A DNA stretch of 64,000 nucleotides from a virus (lineage: Duplodnaviria > Caudoviricetes): positions 2,575 through 66,574 of the IMG/VR virus record IMGVR_UViG_3300031853_000035; one strand, given 5' to 3'. The notes below the pieces were generated by a model that was not told the origin of the DNA, made no database searches, and saw only the letters and a program-made list of their open reading frames with translations. Both the position numbers and the translations under genes were made by a program. Shown piece by piece: positions 43,178 to 52,393 of the stretch; position 1 is the stretch's first letter; each line of letters opens with the position of its first letter.

Positions 43178-44923
43178 ATGCTTTCAAATACAGCAACTCC
43201 AAAGTATTACGGATCGTTTAGAGATAAGGTAATCAGAGGAGAGATACCGGTCAATCAAGAAATCTCAATGGAGATGAACAGAATTGATGAGCTTATCGCA
43301 AATCCTGGTGTTTACTATGACGACGAAGCAGTTGATGGATGGGTAAGATTCTGCGAAAACGAGCTTACTCTAACCGATGGATCTGATCTTTTTCTTTTGG
43401 ATTCGTTTAAACTTTGGGGAGAACAACTTTTTGGTTGGTATTACTTTATTGAGCGATCTGTTTTCGAACCATATGGAAATAAGCCAGGCGGCCAGTTTGT
43501 TATTAAGCGAATACTAAAGAGGCTTGTAAACAAACAATATCTTATCGTTGCCAGAGGCGCTGCAAAAAGTATGTATGGATCATGCATTCAAGGCTACTAT
43601 GAAATGGTTGACCCATCTACAACGCAGCAAATTACCACAGCTCCGACAATGCGTCAGGCGGATGAGATCATGTCACCGCTTAGAACTGCAATCATGAGAG
43701 CTAGAGGTCCGTGGCTTAAGTTTTTAACGGAAGGGTCGCTTAGTAATACGACAGGTTCGAAGGCAAACAGACCAAAGTTAGCATCAACCAAAAAGGGAAT
43801 AGAGAACTTTTTAAATGGCTCTCTTCTAGAAGTTAGACCGATGAGCGTCGATAAGCTTCAGGGAAGTAGAGCTAAAATTTTCACTATCGATGAATGGTTA
43901 TCAGGTGATGTTAGAGAGGATGTCGTTGGTGCTGCTGAGCAGGGCGCTACCAAAAACGGCGATTACCTTATTGTGGCAATGAGTAGCGAGGGTACTATTC
44001 GAAACAGCGTTGGTGACACAATCAAAATGGAGCTCATGGACATACTAAAGGGTAAGTTTTACAACCCTCATGTGTCTATTTGGTATTACCGACTCGACGA
44101 CATAAAAGAAGTTGAAGACCCGGCAATGTGGGTTAAGGCAAATCCAAATATCGGAAAGACCATTTCTTATGAGGTGTATCAGCTTGATAAGGAAAGAGCG
44201 GAGAATGCGCCGGCTGCCAGAAATGATATTTTGGCAAAAAGATTTGGAATACCGATGGAAGGATATACATACTTCTTTACCTATGAGCAGACAATACCGC
44301 ATCGAAAGAAAGAATACTGGCATATGCCTTGTTCTCTTGGTGCTGACCTTTCACAAGGCGACGACTTTTGCGCATTCACTTTTCTATTCCCAATCTCTGC
44401 TGACCTCTTTGGGGTAAAGGCAAGAAGCTATATTTCAGAGCGCACATTTAGCAGGCTTCCATCCGCTGCAAGAAACAAATACGAACAGTTTATGGAAGAA
44501 GGAACGCTTGTGGTAATGAATGGAACGATTCTTAACATGCAAGAGGTTTATGAAGATCTTGACCGCTACATAAACGAGGTTGCTTGCTATGACGTTCGTT
44601 GTCTTGGATATGATCCGTATAATGCTAGGGAATTTGTTGAAGCTTGGTGCTTGGACAATGGAGAATTTGGCGTTGAGAAAGTTATTCAAGGCTCGAAAAC
44701 GGAATCCGTTCCTCTAGGAGAGCTTAGACAGCTTGCTGAGGATAGAAAGCTTCTATTCGACGAAGACATTATGCAGTATTGCATGGGCAATTGTATTACG
44801 CTCGAAGATACCAACGGAAACAGAAAATTGTTAAAGACAAGGTATGATGCGAAGATTGATAACGTGGCTGCTATGATGGATGCGTTTGTTGCTTACAAAC
44901 TAAATCGTGATGCGTTTGAGTAA
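43178..44923 (+). CDS. terL: Terminase large subunit
   Basis: VARGAAKS (Walker A), IFTIDEW (Walker B), MSSEG, LGADLSQGDD, KIDNVAAMMDA. Confidence 0.95.
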   Translation: MLSNTATPKYYGSFRDKVIRGEIPVNQEISMEMNRIDELIANPGVYYDDEAVDGWVRFCENELTLTDGSDLFLLDSFKLWGEQLFGWYYFIERSVFEPYGNKPGGQFVIKRILKRLVNKQYLIVARGAAKSMYGSCIQGYYEMVDPSTTQQITTAPTMRQADEIMSPLRTAIMRARGPWLKFLTEGSLSNTTGSKANRPKLASTKKGIENFLNGSLLEVRPMSVDKLQGSRAKIFTIDEWLSGDVREDVVGAAEQGATKNGDYLIVAMSSEGTIRNSVGDTIKMELMDILKGKFYNPHVSIWYYRLDDIKEVEDPAMWVKANPNIGKTISYEVYQLDKERAENAPAARNDILAKRFGIPMEGYTYFFTYEQTIPHRKKEYWHMPCSLGADLSQGDDFCAFTFLFPISADLFGVKARSYISERTFSRLPSAARNKYEQFMEEGTLVVMNGTILNMQEVYEDLDRYINEVACYDVRCLGYDPYNAREFVEAWCLDNGEFGVEKVIQGSKTESVPLGELRQLAEDRKLLFDEDIMQYCMGNCITLEDTNGNRKLLKTRYDAKIDNVAAMMDAFVAYKLNRDAFE

Positions 44924-44931
44924 GGAGGTGA

Positions 44932-45594
44932 TTGAATGTGCGACTAGTATGGGATGACATTAGTTCTAGAATAGTTAGGGCTGGCGTCGATCATGGCGTG
45001 CTGTATCCGTTGCTTTCGGCAGGATATGGTATCGGCGTAGCTTGGAATGGAATAACTAATGTCGATGACACTTCAACCGGCCATGAAAAAACGCCTCTGT
45101 ACTCTGGCGATTATAAGAAGGCTCTCCTGTTTTCTAAACGAGAAGAATCCGGAACGATTAAGTGTTTTACTTTTCCGGAAGAATTTTATCAATGTATGGG
45201 AAACGAAGATTACGGAGATGGGCTTATCATCAAAGGTAGAGATGCAATTCCATTTGGCCTTTCTTATAGAAGGCTTATAGGAAATGCTGCAGTTGGATTA
45301 AACCTTGGGTATGAGCTCCATATCATATACCAGGCATATTTAACTGAGCATAAAGATGGCGCATCTACAATTGATGCCGATGCTAGCATTGACGAAATGT
45401 CTTTTCCATTTGATTGCTTAGTAGAAGAGTATGAATACGGCGAACCGGTGTCGCATATCGTCCTTGACTCAAGATACGTTGATTCTACGAAGCTTAAAGC
45501 GATCGAGGATGCACTTTATGGGGAAGTGAACGCTCCAATGCTTTTGCGGCCGACCGATATCTATAACATACTTAACGATATTGACGGCAACTAA
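44932..45594 (+). CDS. Divergent paralog of the major tail (tube) protein
   Basis: RLVWDD...GVDHGVLY...VAWNGITNV...FGLSYRRLIG...GYELHIIY aligns by eye with 49628..50572. Confidence 0.75.
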   Translation: MNVRLVWDDISSRIVRAGVDHGVLYPLLSAGYGIGVAWNGITNVDDTSTGHEKTPLYSGDYKKALLFSKREESGTIKCFTFPEEFYQCMGNEDYGDGLIIKGRDAIPFGLSYRRLIGNAAVGLNLGYELHIIYQAYLTEHKDGASTIDADASIDEMSFPFDCLVEEYEYGEPVSHIVLDSRYVDSTKLKAIEDALYGEVNAPMLLRPTDIYNILNDIDGN

Positions 45595-45618
45595 TTCTAA
45601 ATAGGAGAGAAAATCAAA

Positions 45619-46860
45619 ATGAGTATAAAAGACCGTTTGTTATCGGGATGGAATGCTTTTATGGGACGAGATCCGACCCCAAAGACTTACTTCCCGACGT
45701 ACATAACACCGTTTAGGCCAGATCACGTGACGCTAAGTCGAGGCAGCGAAAAGACTATTATTAACTCTATTCTAAATCGAATTTCAGTTGATGTTGCGGC
45801 GCTTACAATTCAGCACGTAAACCTTGATGATGAGGGACGGTATAAAGAACCGCGAGACTCTTATCTCAATGAGTGTTTTACGATTGCTGCCAATCGTGAT
45901 CAAACGGCAAGAGCGTTCTTTCAGGACGCAGTCCTTTCGCTACTTGATGAAGGATGCGTAGCCATCGTACCAACCAGCGCAACCGCAAATCCGACGCTTA
46001 CCGAAGCATATGACATCGGATCAATGCGAGTTGGAAAAGTTGTTAAATGGTATCCACATGACGTTACCGTAAATTTATACAACGAAGATAAGGGCGAAAG
46101 AGAAGACAGAACCTATCCTAAGACTATGGTAGCCTTACCGGAAAATCCATTCTTTCCAATAATGAATGAGCCGAATAGCATCTATAGGCGCCTTATTACA
46201 AAGATGCGTCAGTTAGACACTATCGACAACCAGTCTTCATCCGGGAAATTGGATCTTATACTTCAGCTCCCATATTCTACAAAATCAACGTTTAGACAAA
46301 CACAGGCTAGAGAAAGACAGCAGGAAGTTGAGCAGCAGCTTAATAATTCTAAGTATGGAATAGCCTATATAGATGCAAACGAGCGAGTTATTCAGCTTAA
46401 CAGAGCTATTGAAAACAACTTGTTCTCACAGGTTGAGTATTATACAAACTTGCTCTTTTCACAACTTGGCATGCCACTTTCGGTACTTGATGGGACGGCA
46501 GATGAAGCAACCATGCTTAATTACCAGAATCGCATTATCGAGCCAATTGCTTCTGCGATAGTTGACACAATGAAGTGGAAGTTCCTGTCAAAGAAAGCTC
46601 GTTCACAGGGCCAAACAATCATGATCTTTAAAGAACCGTTCAAACTGGCCCCGGTTAACGATATTGCAAATAATGCCGATAAACTTATTCGTAATGAGAT
46701 TCTTACGAAGAACGAGTTTAGGCAGATCATTGGGTTTAAGCCTTCTTCTGATCCTACTGCTGACCAGCTATCTAACCCAAATATGCCGGTCAAGGATAAA
46801 GAAATAAACCCTCAAAGTAACAACGAGGCGAAAGAAGATTTGCCGGAAGCTTCTAGCTAG
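45619..46860 (+). CDS. Portal protein
   Basis: Located between TerL and the protease; SILNRISVDVA, GKLDLILQLPY, NEILTKNEFRQIIG. Confidence 0.9.
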   Translation: MSIKDRLLSGWNAFMGRDPTPKTYFPTYITPFRPDHVTLSRGSEKTIINSILNRISVDVAALTIQHVNLDDEGRYKEPRDSYLNECFTIAANRDQTARAFFQDAVLSLLDEGCVAIVPTSATANPTLTEAYDIGSMRVGKVVKWYPHDVTVNLYNEDKGEREDRTYPKTMVALPENPFFPIMNEPNSIYRRLITKMRQLDTIDNQSSSGKLDLILQLPYSTKSTFRQTQARERQQEVEQQLNNSKYGIAYIDANERVIQLNRAIENNLFSQVEYYTNLLFSQLGMPLSVLDGTADEATMLNYQNRIIEPIASAIVDTMKWKFLSKKARSQGQTIMIFKEPFKLAPVNDIANNADKLIRNEILTKNEFRQIIGFKPSSDPTADQLSNPNMPVKDKEINPQSNNEAKEDLPEASS

Positions 46861-46941
46861 TCATGGTATGCAATAAGACAATAGCTAATTGCAGAACTGA
46901 CAGGTAAGAGCCCATGGTAAATAGTGAAAGGAAAAATCAAA

Positions 46942-48975
46942 ATGGCCAATAAAACCTATGACTTTGGTGGATGGGCCAGTGAGTACAACGTTCTTTGCGG
47001 TGACGGCAGAACTATTTTGCCTGGTGCGTTTGCTGAACAGGACGGCGTGGAGGTTCCTCTTGTATGGGGGCATGACCATTCTAGTCCGCAGTCCATCCTT
47101 GGAACAGCGCACATTGAGCATCGAGACAAAGGACCGTATGTATGGTGCTCGTTCAACGATACAGAAGATGGGAACTATGCAAAGGCTGCTGTTAAACACG
47201 GAGATATTAAGTATCTTTCAATCTTTGCGGACCATCTTAAGAAAGCTGCCGGCAAGGCAACTGACATTGTTAAAGGAACAATCAAAGAAGTAAGTCTGGT
47301 TCCGTTTGGCGGAGCAAACCCTGGAGCATATATTGATCAGGCTGTAATTGCCCATAGTGACGGAACATACGATACAGCAGATGATCAGGCATACATTACA
47401 ACCGGCGTGCCGATTGACACCGATGAAATGCCTATCGTGCATGCTGATAGTGAAAAGGAGGACAAAGACGTGGCCGACGAAAAGAAAAAAAAGCGTACCG
47501 TTCAGGATGTCCTTGATGATATGACTGACGAGCAGAAAGCCGTTGTTGATTATCTCATGGACGAAGCAGCCAAGGCTGCTAAGAACGGAAAAGCGTCTTC
47601 TGATGATGAGGATGAGGATGAGGAAGACGATGGCGATGATGAAGATGACAATGTAAAACATTCCGAAGGAGGAGATGACGACATGAAATACAATGCTTTT
47701 GAAAACGGTTCTGCGAACCGAAACAGCGAAGTCCTGTGCCACGCGGATCAGGAAACGATTCTTTCCATGGCCAAAGATCGCCGGGTCGGAAGCTTCAAAG
47801 AAGCTATGAAGCAGTTTATGGAAGACAATGACTTTATCCAGCACGCCGATGGAGATCCGACGTTTGTCGGCGGAAACACTGTTGTTGGCGGCCCGGTGCA
47901 GGTTGGTGGCTTTGATAACACTACTTCTATTGACCCGAACAGAACCGGCTATACCTCATTCGTGTCCGTTCTGCCTGAATTTCGGGAAGTAAACGGCATG
48001 ATGCCGCCCCAGCAGATCACTCCGGAATGGGGCTGGGTTGATAACGTAATGAGCAAGGTTCATAAGCTGCCGTTCTCCAGGCTGCGCACCAGCTATATTG
48101 ACCTTAGAGAGTACGAGGAGAACCTTCGTGCCAAGGGTTATGAGAAAGGAAACTACAAGACCTACACCGGACAGATCGCAATCGCCCGCAGAGAGACTGA
48201 GCCGCAGACGATCTACATCAAGAACGCCCTGCATAAGGACGACATCGATGATATTACCGATTTCGATTATGTTAACTACCTGTATCAGATCGACCAGCAG
48301 ATGTATAAGGTTGAGCTGGCTACTGCAATTCTGTTTGGCGATGGTAGGCTGATCAACGATCCGGATAAGATCAAAGAAGATCACATTCGTCCGATCTGGA
48401 CAGATGATGATCTGTATACCATTCATTACGATATGAGCGCCGACAAGACCAACATCCAGGGCAGCAATACCACCGGATACTTTGGGGCGAACTACGTTGA
48501 GGCCGAGGCAATGGTGAATGCCTGCCTGTATTCCAGAGAGACTTATAAGGGAACCGGCACTCCGGATCTGTTTATCGACCAGCATGACCTTAACGTTATG
48601 CTGCTTGCCCGTGACCGTAACGGCCGCAGGATCTATTCTTCTCGCACCGAGCTGGCTACTGCGCTGAATGTTGGCAACATTTTCGTATGTGAGAAGATGA
48701 AGAACAAGGTCAGAACTAAGGGAACCGGTGCCGATACTAAGCAGATGAAGCTGCATGCACTTATGGTCAACCTTGCTGATTACTCTCTTGGCGCGACCAA
48801 GGGCGGACAGGTTACTCATATTACTCAGTTCGATATCGACTTTAACCAGCAGAAGTCCCTTCTGGAAGGTCGAACCTCCGGTGCGCTGACCAGGCTGTAT
48901 TCCGCGATCGTTATCGAGGAAGAGGTAGTGTCTAACGAGACTGATCCTGTTACTGGGGATCTGGCTGGCAACTAA
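46942..48975 (+). CDS. Prohead protease - acidic scaffold linker - major capsid protein fusion
   Basis: YDFGGWA...DGRTI...PLVWGHDH...LSI...EVSLVPFGGANPGA (HK97-type protease), poly-acidic linker, capsid-sized C-terminal part. Confidence 0.88.
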   Translation: MANKTYDFGGWASEYNVLCGDGRTILPGAFAEQDGVEVPLVWGHDHSSPQSILGTAHIEHRDKGPYVWCSFNDTEDGNYAKAAVKHGDIKYLSIFADHLKKAAGKATDIVKGTIKEVSLVPFGGANPGAYIDQAVIAHSDGTYDTADDQAYITTGVPIDTDEMPIVHADSEKEDKDVADEKKKKRTVQDVLDDMTDEQKAVVDYLMDEAAKAAKNGKASSDDEDEDEEDDGDDEDDNVKHSEGGDDDMKYNAFENGSANRNSEVLCHADQETILSMAKDRRVGSFKEAMKQFMEDNDFIQHADGDPTFVGGNTVVGGPVQVGGFDNTTSIDPNRTGYTSFVSVLPEFREVNGMMPPQQITPEWGWVDNVMSKVHKLPFSRLRTSYIDLREYEENLRAKGYEKGNYKTYTGQIAIARRETEPQTIYIKNALHKDDIDDITDFDYVNYLYQIDQQMYKVELATAILFGDGRLINDPDKIKEDHIRPIWTDDDLYTIHYDMSADKTNIQGSNTTGYFGANYVEAEAMVNACLYSRETYKGTGTPDLFIDQHDLNVMLLARDRNGRRIYSSRTELATALNVGNIFVCEKMKNKVRTKGTGADTKQMKLHALMVNLADYSLGATKGGQVTHITQFDIDFNQQKSLLEGRTSGALTRLYSAIVIEEEVVSNETDPVTGDLAGN

Positions 48976-48997
48976 TTAATCAAAATGGAGGTTTTAG

Positions 48998-49333
48998 ATG
49001 GCGAGATTTCACGGGAGAGTTGGGTTTATAACTTATGAGGAATCAGATGGTGGTGTGTTTACCGAAGCCACTACCGAAAGATACTATTCCGGTGATGTTA
49101 ATCGTATTTCCAGACGCTTTGAGTCGTCTGATAAGTTGACCGATGACCTCACTCTTAACAATGAAATCAGCATAATTGCTGATAAGTTCGCTTTTGAGAA
49201 CTTCCAGTATATTCGTTATGTTAATTACTTGGGCGCAAACTGGAAAGTTACAAGTGCAACGCTTGGCGAGCGCCCAAGAATTATTTTGCAGATAGGGGGT
49301 GTCTATAATGGGAGCGAAGGACCGGAGACTTGA
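48998..49333 (+). CDS. Head closure / head-tail adaptor protein
   Basis: Follows the capsid gene; RFHGRVGF...NEISIIADKFA...WKVTS. Confidence 0.65.
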   Translation: MARFHGRVGFITYEESDGGVFTEATTERYYSGDVNRISRRFESSDKLTDDLTLNNEISIIADKFAFENFQYIRYVNYLGANWKVTSATLGERPRIILQIGGVYNGSEGPET

Positions 49334-49616
49334 ACTTCATGCTAAGTTTAAGTCCCTTACTCCAAATGTATATTTTCAGCCGCCCGCTTCTCTAAAGATG
49401 AAATACCCAGCGATTCGCTATGAATTAGCCAGAATCGATCCAACTAGTGCGGATAACAAACCGTATTTACTGGATAGAGCTTATCAGGTCACCGTTATTG
49501 ACTCTGATCCAGATAGCGAAATTGTTGAGGCTATTTCTAAATGGCCGCAATGTGTCTTTAACCGGCAATATACTGCGGATAATCTAAATCACTTTGTTTT
49601 CATACTATACCATTAA
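49308..49616 (+). CDS. Tail terminator-like protein
   Basis: NVYFQPP...MKYPAIRY...YTADNLNHFVF; precedes the tail tube gene. Confidence 0.65.
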   Translation: MGAKDRRLELHAKFKSLTPNVYFQPPASLKMKYPAIRYELARIDPTSADNKPYLLDRAYQVTVIDSDPDSEIVEAISKWPQCVFNRQYTADNLNHFVFILYH

Positions 49617-49627
49617 GGAGGTAACCT

Positions 49628-50572
49628 ATGTCTAGAATCGTATGGGATGTTATTGGCGAGCACTTTTACGAAACTGGTGTAGATCGTGGCGTGTTCTACT
49701 CTTACGATAACGAAACAAGCAGCTTTAAAAACGGTGTGCCTTGGAACGGTCTGACTGCCGTTAATGAGAGCCCTTCCGGTGCCGAGCCGAATGCTCTGTA
49801 TGCCGATAATATTAAATACCTGAACCTGCTTTCCGCAGAAGAGTATGCTGCGACGATCGAAGCGTACACTTGCCCGGATGAATTTATGGAGTGCGACGGA
49901 TTTGCTGAGATCGCGTCTGGTGCTGTTATTGGTCAGCAGGATAGAAAGATCTTTGGTTTTTGCTATCGTACCCTGATCGGTAACGATACTGAAGGTACAA
50001 ACAAGGGCTATAAGATCCACTGCGTCTACAACTGCACAGCGTCTCCGTCCGAGAGAAGCCACTCCACTGTAAATGAGAACCCGGATGCAACACAGCTGTC
50101 TTGGTCCATCTCTACGACTGCTGCCAATGTGACGAACTTCAAGCCGACCGCAACTGTTGAGATCGATTCCACTAAGTGTGATCCTGCGCAGCTTGCAGCG
50201 CTCGAAGACATCCTTTACGGCGATGCTTCAACTGCTCCGAGACTGCCGTTTCCTGACGAGATCGCCGAAATCATTGGCGTTGTCGGCGTAACAGCTAAGC
50301 TTAGCGCTCTGTCAATCGGAACTCTCAATCTGGCTCCGGACTTTGATCCTGCTGTCACCAACTACACCGTATCCACCACAAATGAATCCGATGCGGTTAG
50401 TGCTACGGCTGCCGATGATGCCGATGCCGTTATCCTTGTGAATGGCGAAACGCATACCAGCGGATCTTCTGTTACTTGGAATGCCGGAACAAACACCGTT
50501 GTCGTGATCGTGTCCAAATCTGGCTCCACAAGCAGATCCTACACTGTCACTGTTGAGAAACTTACGGCGTAA
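49628..50572 (+). CDS. Major tail (tube) protein with a C-terminal Ig/cadherin-like domain
   Basis: RIVWD...ETGVDRGV...PWNGLTAV; C-terminal LAPDFDPAVTNYTV...YTVTV beta-sandwich. Confidence 0.88.
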   Translation: MSRIVWDVIGEHFYETGVDRGVFYSYDNETSSFKNGVPWNGLTAVNESPSGAEPNALYADNIKYLNLLSAEEYAATIEAYTCPDEFMECDGFAEIASGAVIGQQDRKIFGFCYRTLIGNDTEGTNKGYKIHCVYNCTASPSERSHSTVNENPDATQLSWSISTTAANVTNFKPTATVEIDSTKCDPAQLAALEDILYGDASTAPRLPFPDEIAEIIGVVGVTAKLSALSIGTLNLAPDFDPAVTNYTVSTTNESDAVSATAADDADAVILVNGETHTSGSSVTWNAGTNTVVVIVSKSGSTSRSYTVTVEKLTA

Positions 50573-50583
50573 AATCAAAATGT

Positions 50584-50618
50584 GGGCTGCTTTGCTTTGG
50601 CTTAGCGGCCCTATTTAT
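50584..50618 (+). terminator. Intrinsic terminator after the tail tube gene
   Basis: gggctgct...agcggccc + tattt. Confidence 0.6.
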
Positions 50619-50633
50619 TGAAAGGAGAATACT

Positions 50634-51053
50634 ATGTTTAGAACCGAGATTAAGTACAAGAACTTTCTTGACGTTGATGTGACGGAAACGCTTAGATTTA
50701 ATCTTCGAGACGACGAGCTGCTGGATCTTGTAAAGGAAGATTCAATGTTCGACGTTGGCTATCTTGCGTATCTTACGCAGGAACGAGACTACCAGAAGAT
50801 GCTCAAGTTTATCCGGAAACTCATCACCGTTTCTTATGGTGAGATGACGGAGGATGGTAGGTCGTTTAGAAAGTCAAAAGAGATTGCGCAGGACTTTATG
50901 CAGTCCAATGCGTACATTGCGTTCAGAGATCGACTTCTGTCTGATGAGTCTGGTAATCTTTTCGCAAAATTTGTCATGGAAACATTGCCGTCTAGCTTTG
51001 CGGCTGCAATCAAAGAGAAGATTGATAACAGCAATTTGACGGTTGTTAAATAA
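50634..51053 (+). CDS. Tail assembly chaperone-like protein (copy 1)
   Basis: IKYKNF...LRFNL...SYGEMTEDGRSFRKS...FMQSNAY. Confidence 0.65.
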   Translation: MFRTEIKYKNFLDVDVTETLRFNLRDDELLDLVKEDSMFDVGYLAYLTQERDYQKMLKFIRKLITVSYGEMTEDGRSFRKSKEIAQDFMQSNAYIAFRDRLLSDESGNLFAKFVMETLPSSFAAAIKEKIDNSNLTVVK

Positions 51054-51068
51054 ATCGGAGGTGAGAGA

Positions 51069-51611
51069 ATGCTCCCGCTAATTATACCAAGTAGTGAGCT
51101 GTGGGATGAAAAAACGGAACAGTTTTTCTACACAAAAGAGACCCATTTGCAGTTAGAACATTCTCTCATTTCCATATCGAACTGGGAAATGAAATGGCAC
51201 ATTCCGTACTTTGACACGACAAAAAGCGCAGAGCAAGCTCTAGATTACATAAAATGCATGTGTTTGACAAAGAATGTGCCTAGTGATGTGTTTAAGGGAC
51301 TAACAACAACGAACGTACAGCAAATAAACGATTACATGTTAGACCCGATGACAGCAACTACGATTGGAGAAATACAGGATCAAAAGCCGCAGCAAAAACG
51401 TGTTGTCACTTCGGAACTAATCTATTACTGGATGATTAAGTTTGGCATTCCGTTTACTTGTGATAAGTGGCATATAAACAAACTTATTATGCTAATTCGG
51501 GTTTGCGCGGAAGAGGATAGGCCAAAGAAAGAACGGGCTAAGAAAGACATAGCTGCCGACTATAGGCGGATCAATGCCGCACGCAGGAAAAAGTATAACA
51601 CAAAGGGGTGA
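51069..51611 (+). CDS. Tail assembly protein
   Basis: LQLEHSLISISNWEMKWH...TSELIYYWM...WHINKLIMLIRVC. Confidence 0.6.
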   Translation: MLPLIIPSSELWDEKTEQFFYTKETHLQLEHSLISISNWEMKWHIPYFDTTKSAEQALDYIKCMCLTKNVPSDVFKGLTTTNVQQINDYMLDPMTATTIGEIQDQKPQQKRVVTSELIYYWMIKFGIPFTCDKWHINKLIMLIRVCAEEDRPKKERAKKDIAADYRRINAARRKKYNTKG

Positions 51612-52000
51612 GTATCGTGGCTGTTCAGTTAAAGTCAACCGGCAACTACGATAAAATCCGCCGGTATTTGGAGAAGATTAAGAAGACACTTAACCTTAAA
51701 ACAATCTATGAAAAATATGGTGAAAAAGGAGTAAGAGCATTGTCGGAAGCCACACCAGTTGACACTGGAAAGACGGCATCTATGTGGCGGTATGAAGTTA
51801 GAGAAACTAGCAATCGGATTGAGATCTCATTTCATAACGACAATGTAAACAAAGGGGTCAATATTGCAATTATTCTGCAATACGGTCATGGAACCGGTAC
51901 CGGCGGCTGGGTAGAAGGACGCGATTACATCAATCCTGCTATCCAGCCTATTTTTGACGAGCTGGCTGAAAAAGTGTGGGAGGAAGCCACGAATGTATAG
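51608..52000 (+). CDS. HK97 gp10-like neck/tail completion protein
   Basis: LSEATPVDTGKTASMW...LQYGHGT...GRDYINPAIQP. Confidence 0.75.
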   Translation: MSIVAVQLKSTGNYDKIRRYLEKIKKTLNLKTIYEKYGEKGVRALSEATPVDTGKTASMWRYEVRETSNRIEISFHNDNVNKGVNIAIILQYGHGTGTGGWVEGRDYINPAIQPIFDELAEKVWEEATNV

Positions 52001-52367
52001 GAAAAGAGTTAGATACAAGGACTATAGAGGAAACGAAAGAAGCGAAGTGTTCGACTTTAATCTTTCCGACTCAGAGATTATGGAGCTTGAGGCTGAGTAT
52101 GAAGGTAGTATCACTGAGATGATTGCAAAGCTTTCAAAAAAGCAACAGCACTCTGAAGTGATAAAAAGCATGAAGCGCATAGTTCTGATGAGTTATGGCG
52201 TCATAAGCGAAGACGGTAGGCGATTCATCAAAAATGATGAGATCCGTGAGGCGTTCTACCAGACACCGGCATACACAGAGATATTTACAGAGCTTGCCAC
52301 TAACGACGCGGCGGCAATTAAGTTCTTTGATCGAATAATTAGTAATGATATTTTTGCAGATGAATAA
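51993..52367 (+). CDS. Tail assembly chaperone-like protein (copy 2)
   Basis: VRYKDY...FDFNL...SYGVISEDGRRFIK...FYQTPAY; paralog of 50634..51053. Confidence 0.7.
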   Translation: MYRKRVRYKDYRGNERSEVFDFNLSDSEIMELEAEYEGSITEMIAKLSKKQQHSEVIKSMKRIVLMSYGVISEDGRRFIKNDEIREAFYQTPAYTEIFTELATNDAAAIKFFDRIISNDIFADE

Positions 52368-52393
52368 TGTTACACGGAAGGAGGCTATGGGGT

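Noticed and set aside
51030-51075. Programmed -1 frameshift producing a G/GT tail chaperone
   Set aside because: No X XXY YYZ heptamer before the stop; the next gene has its own GGAGGTGA RBS
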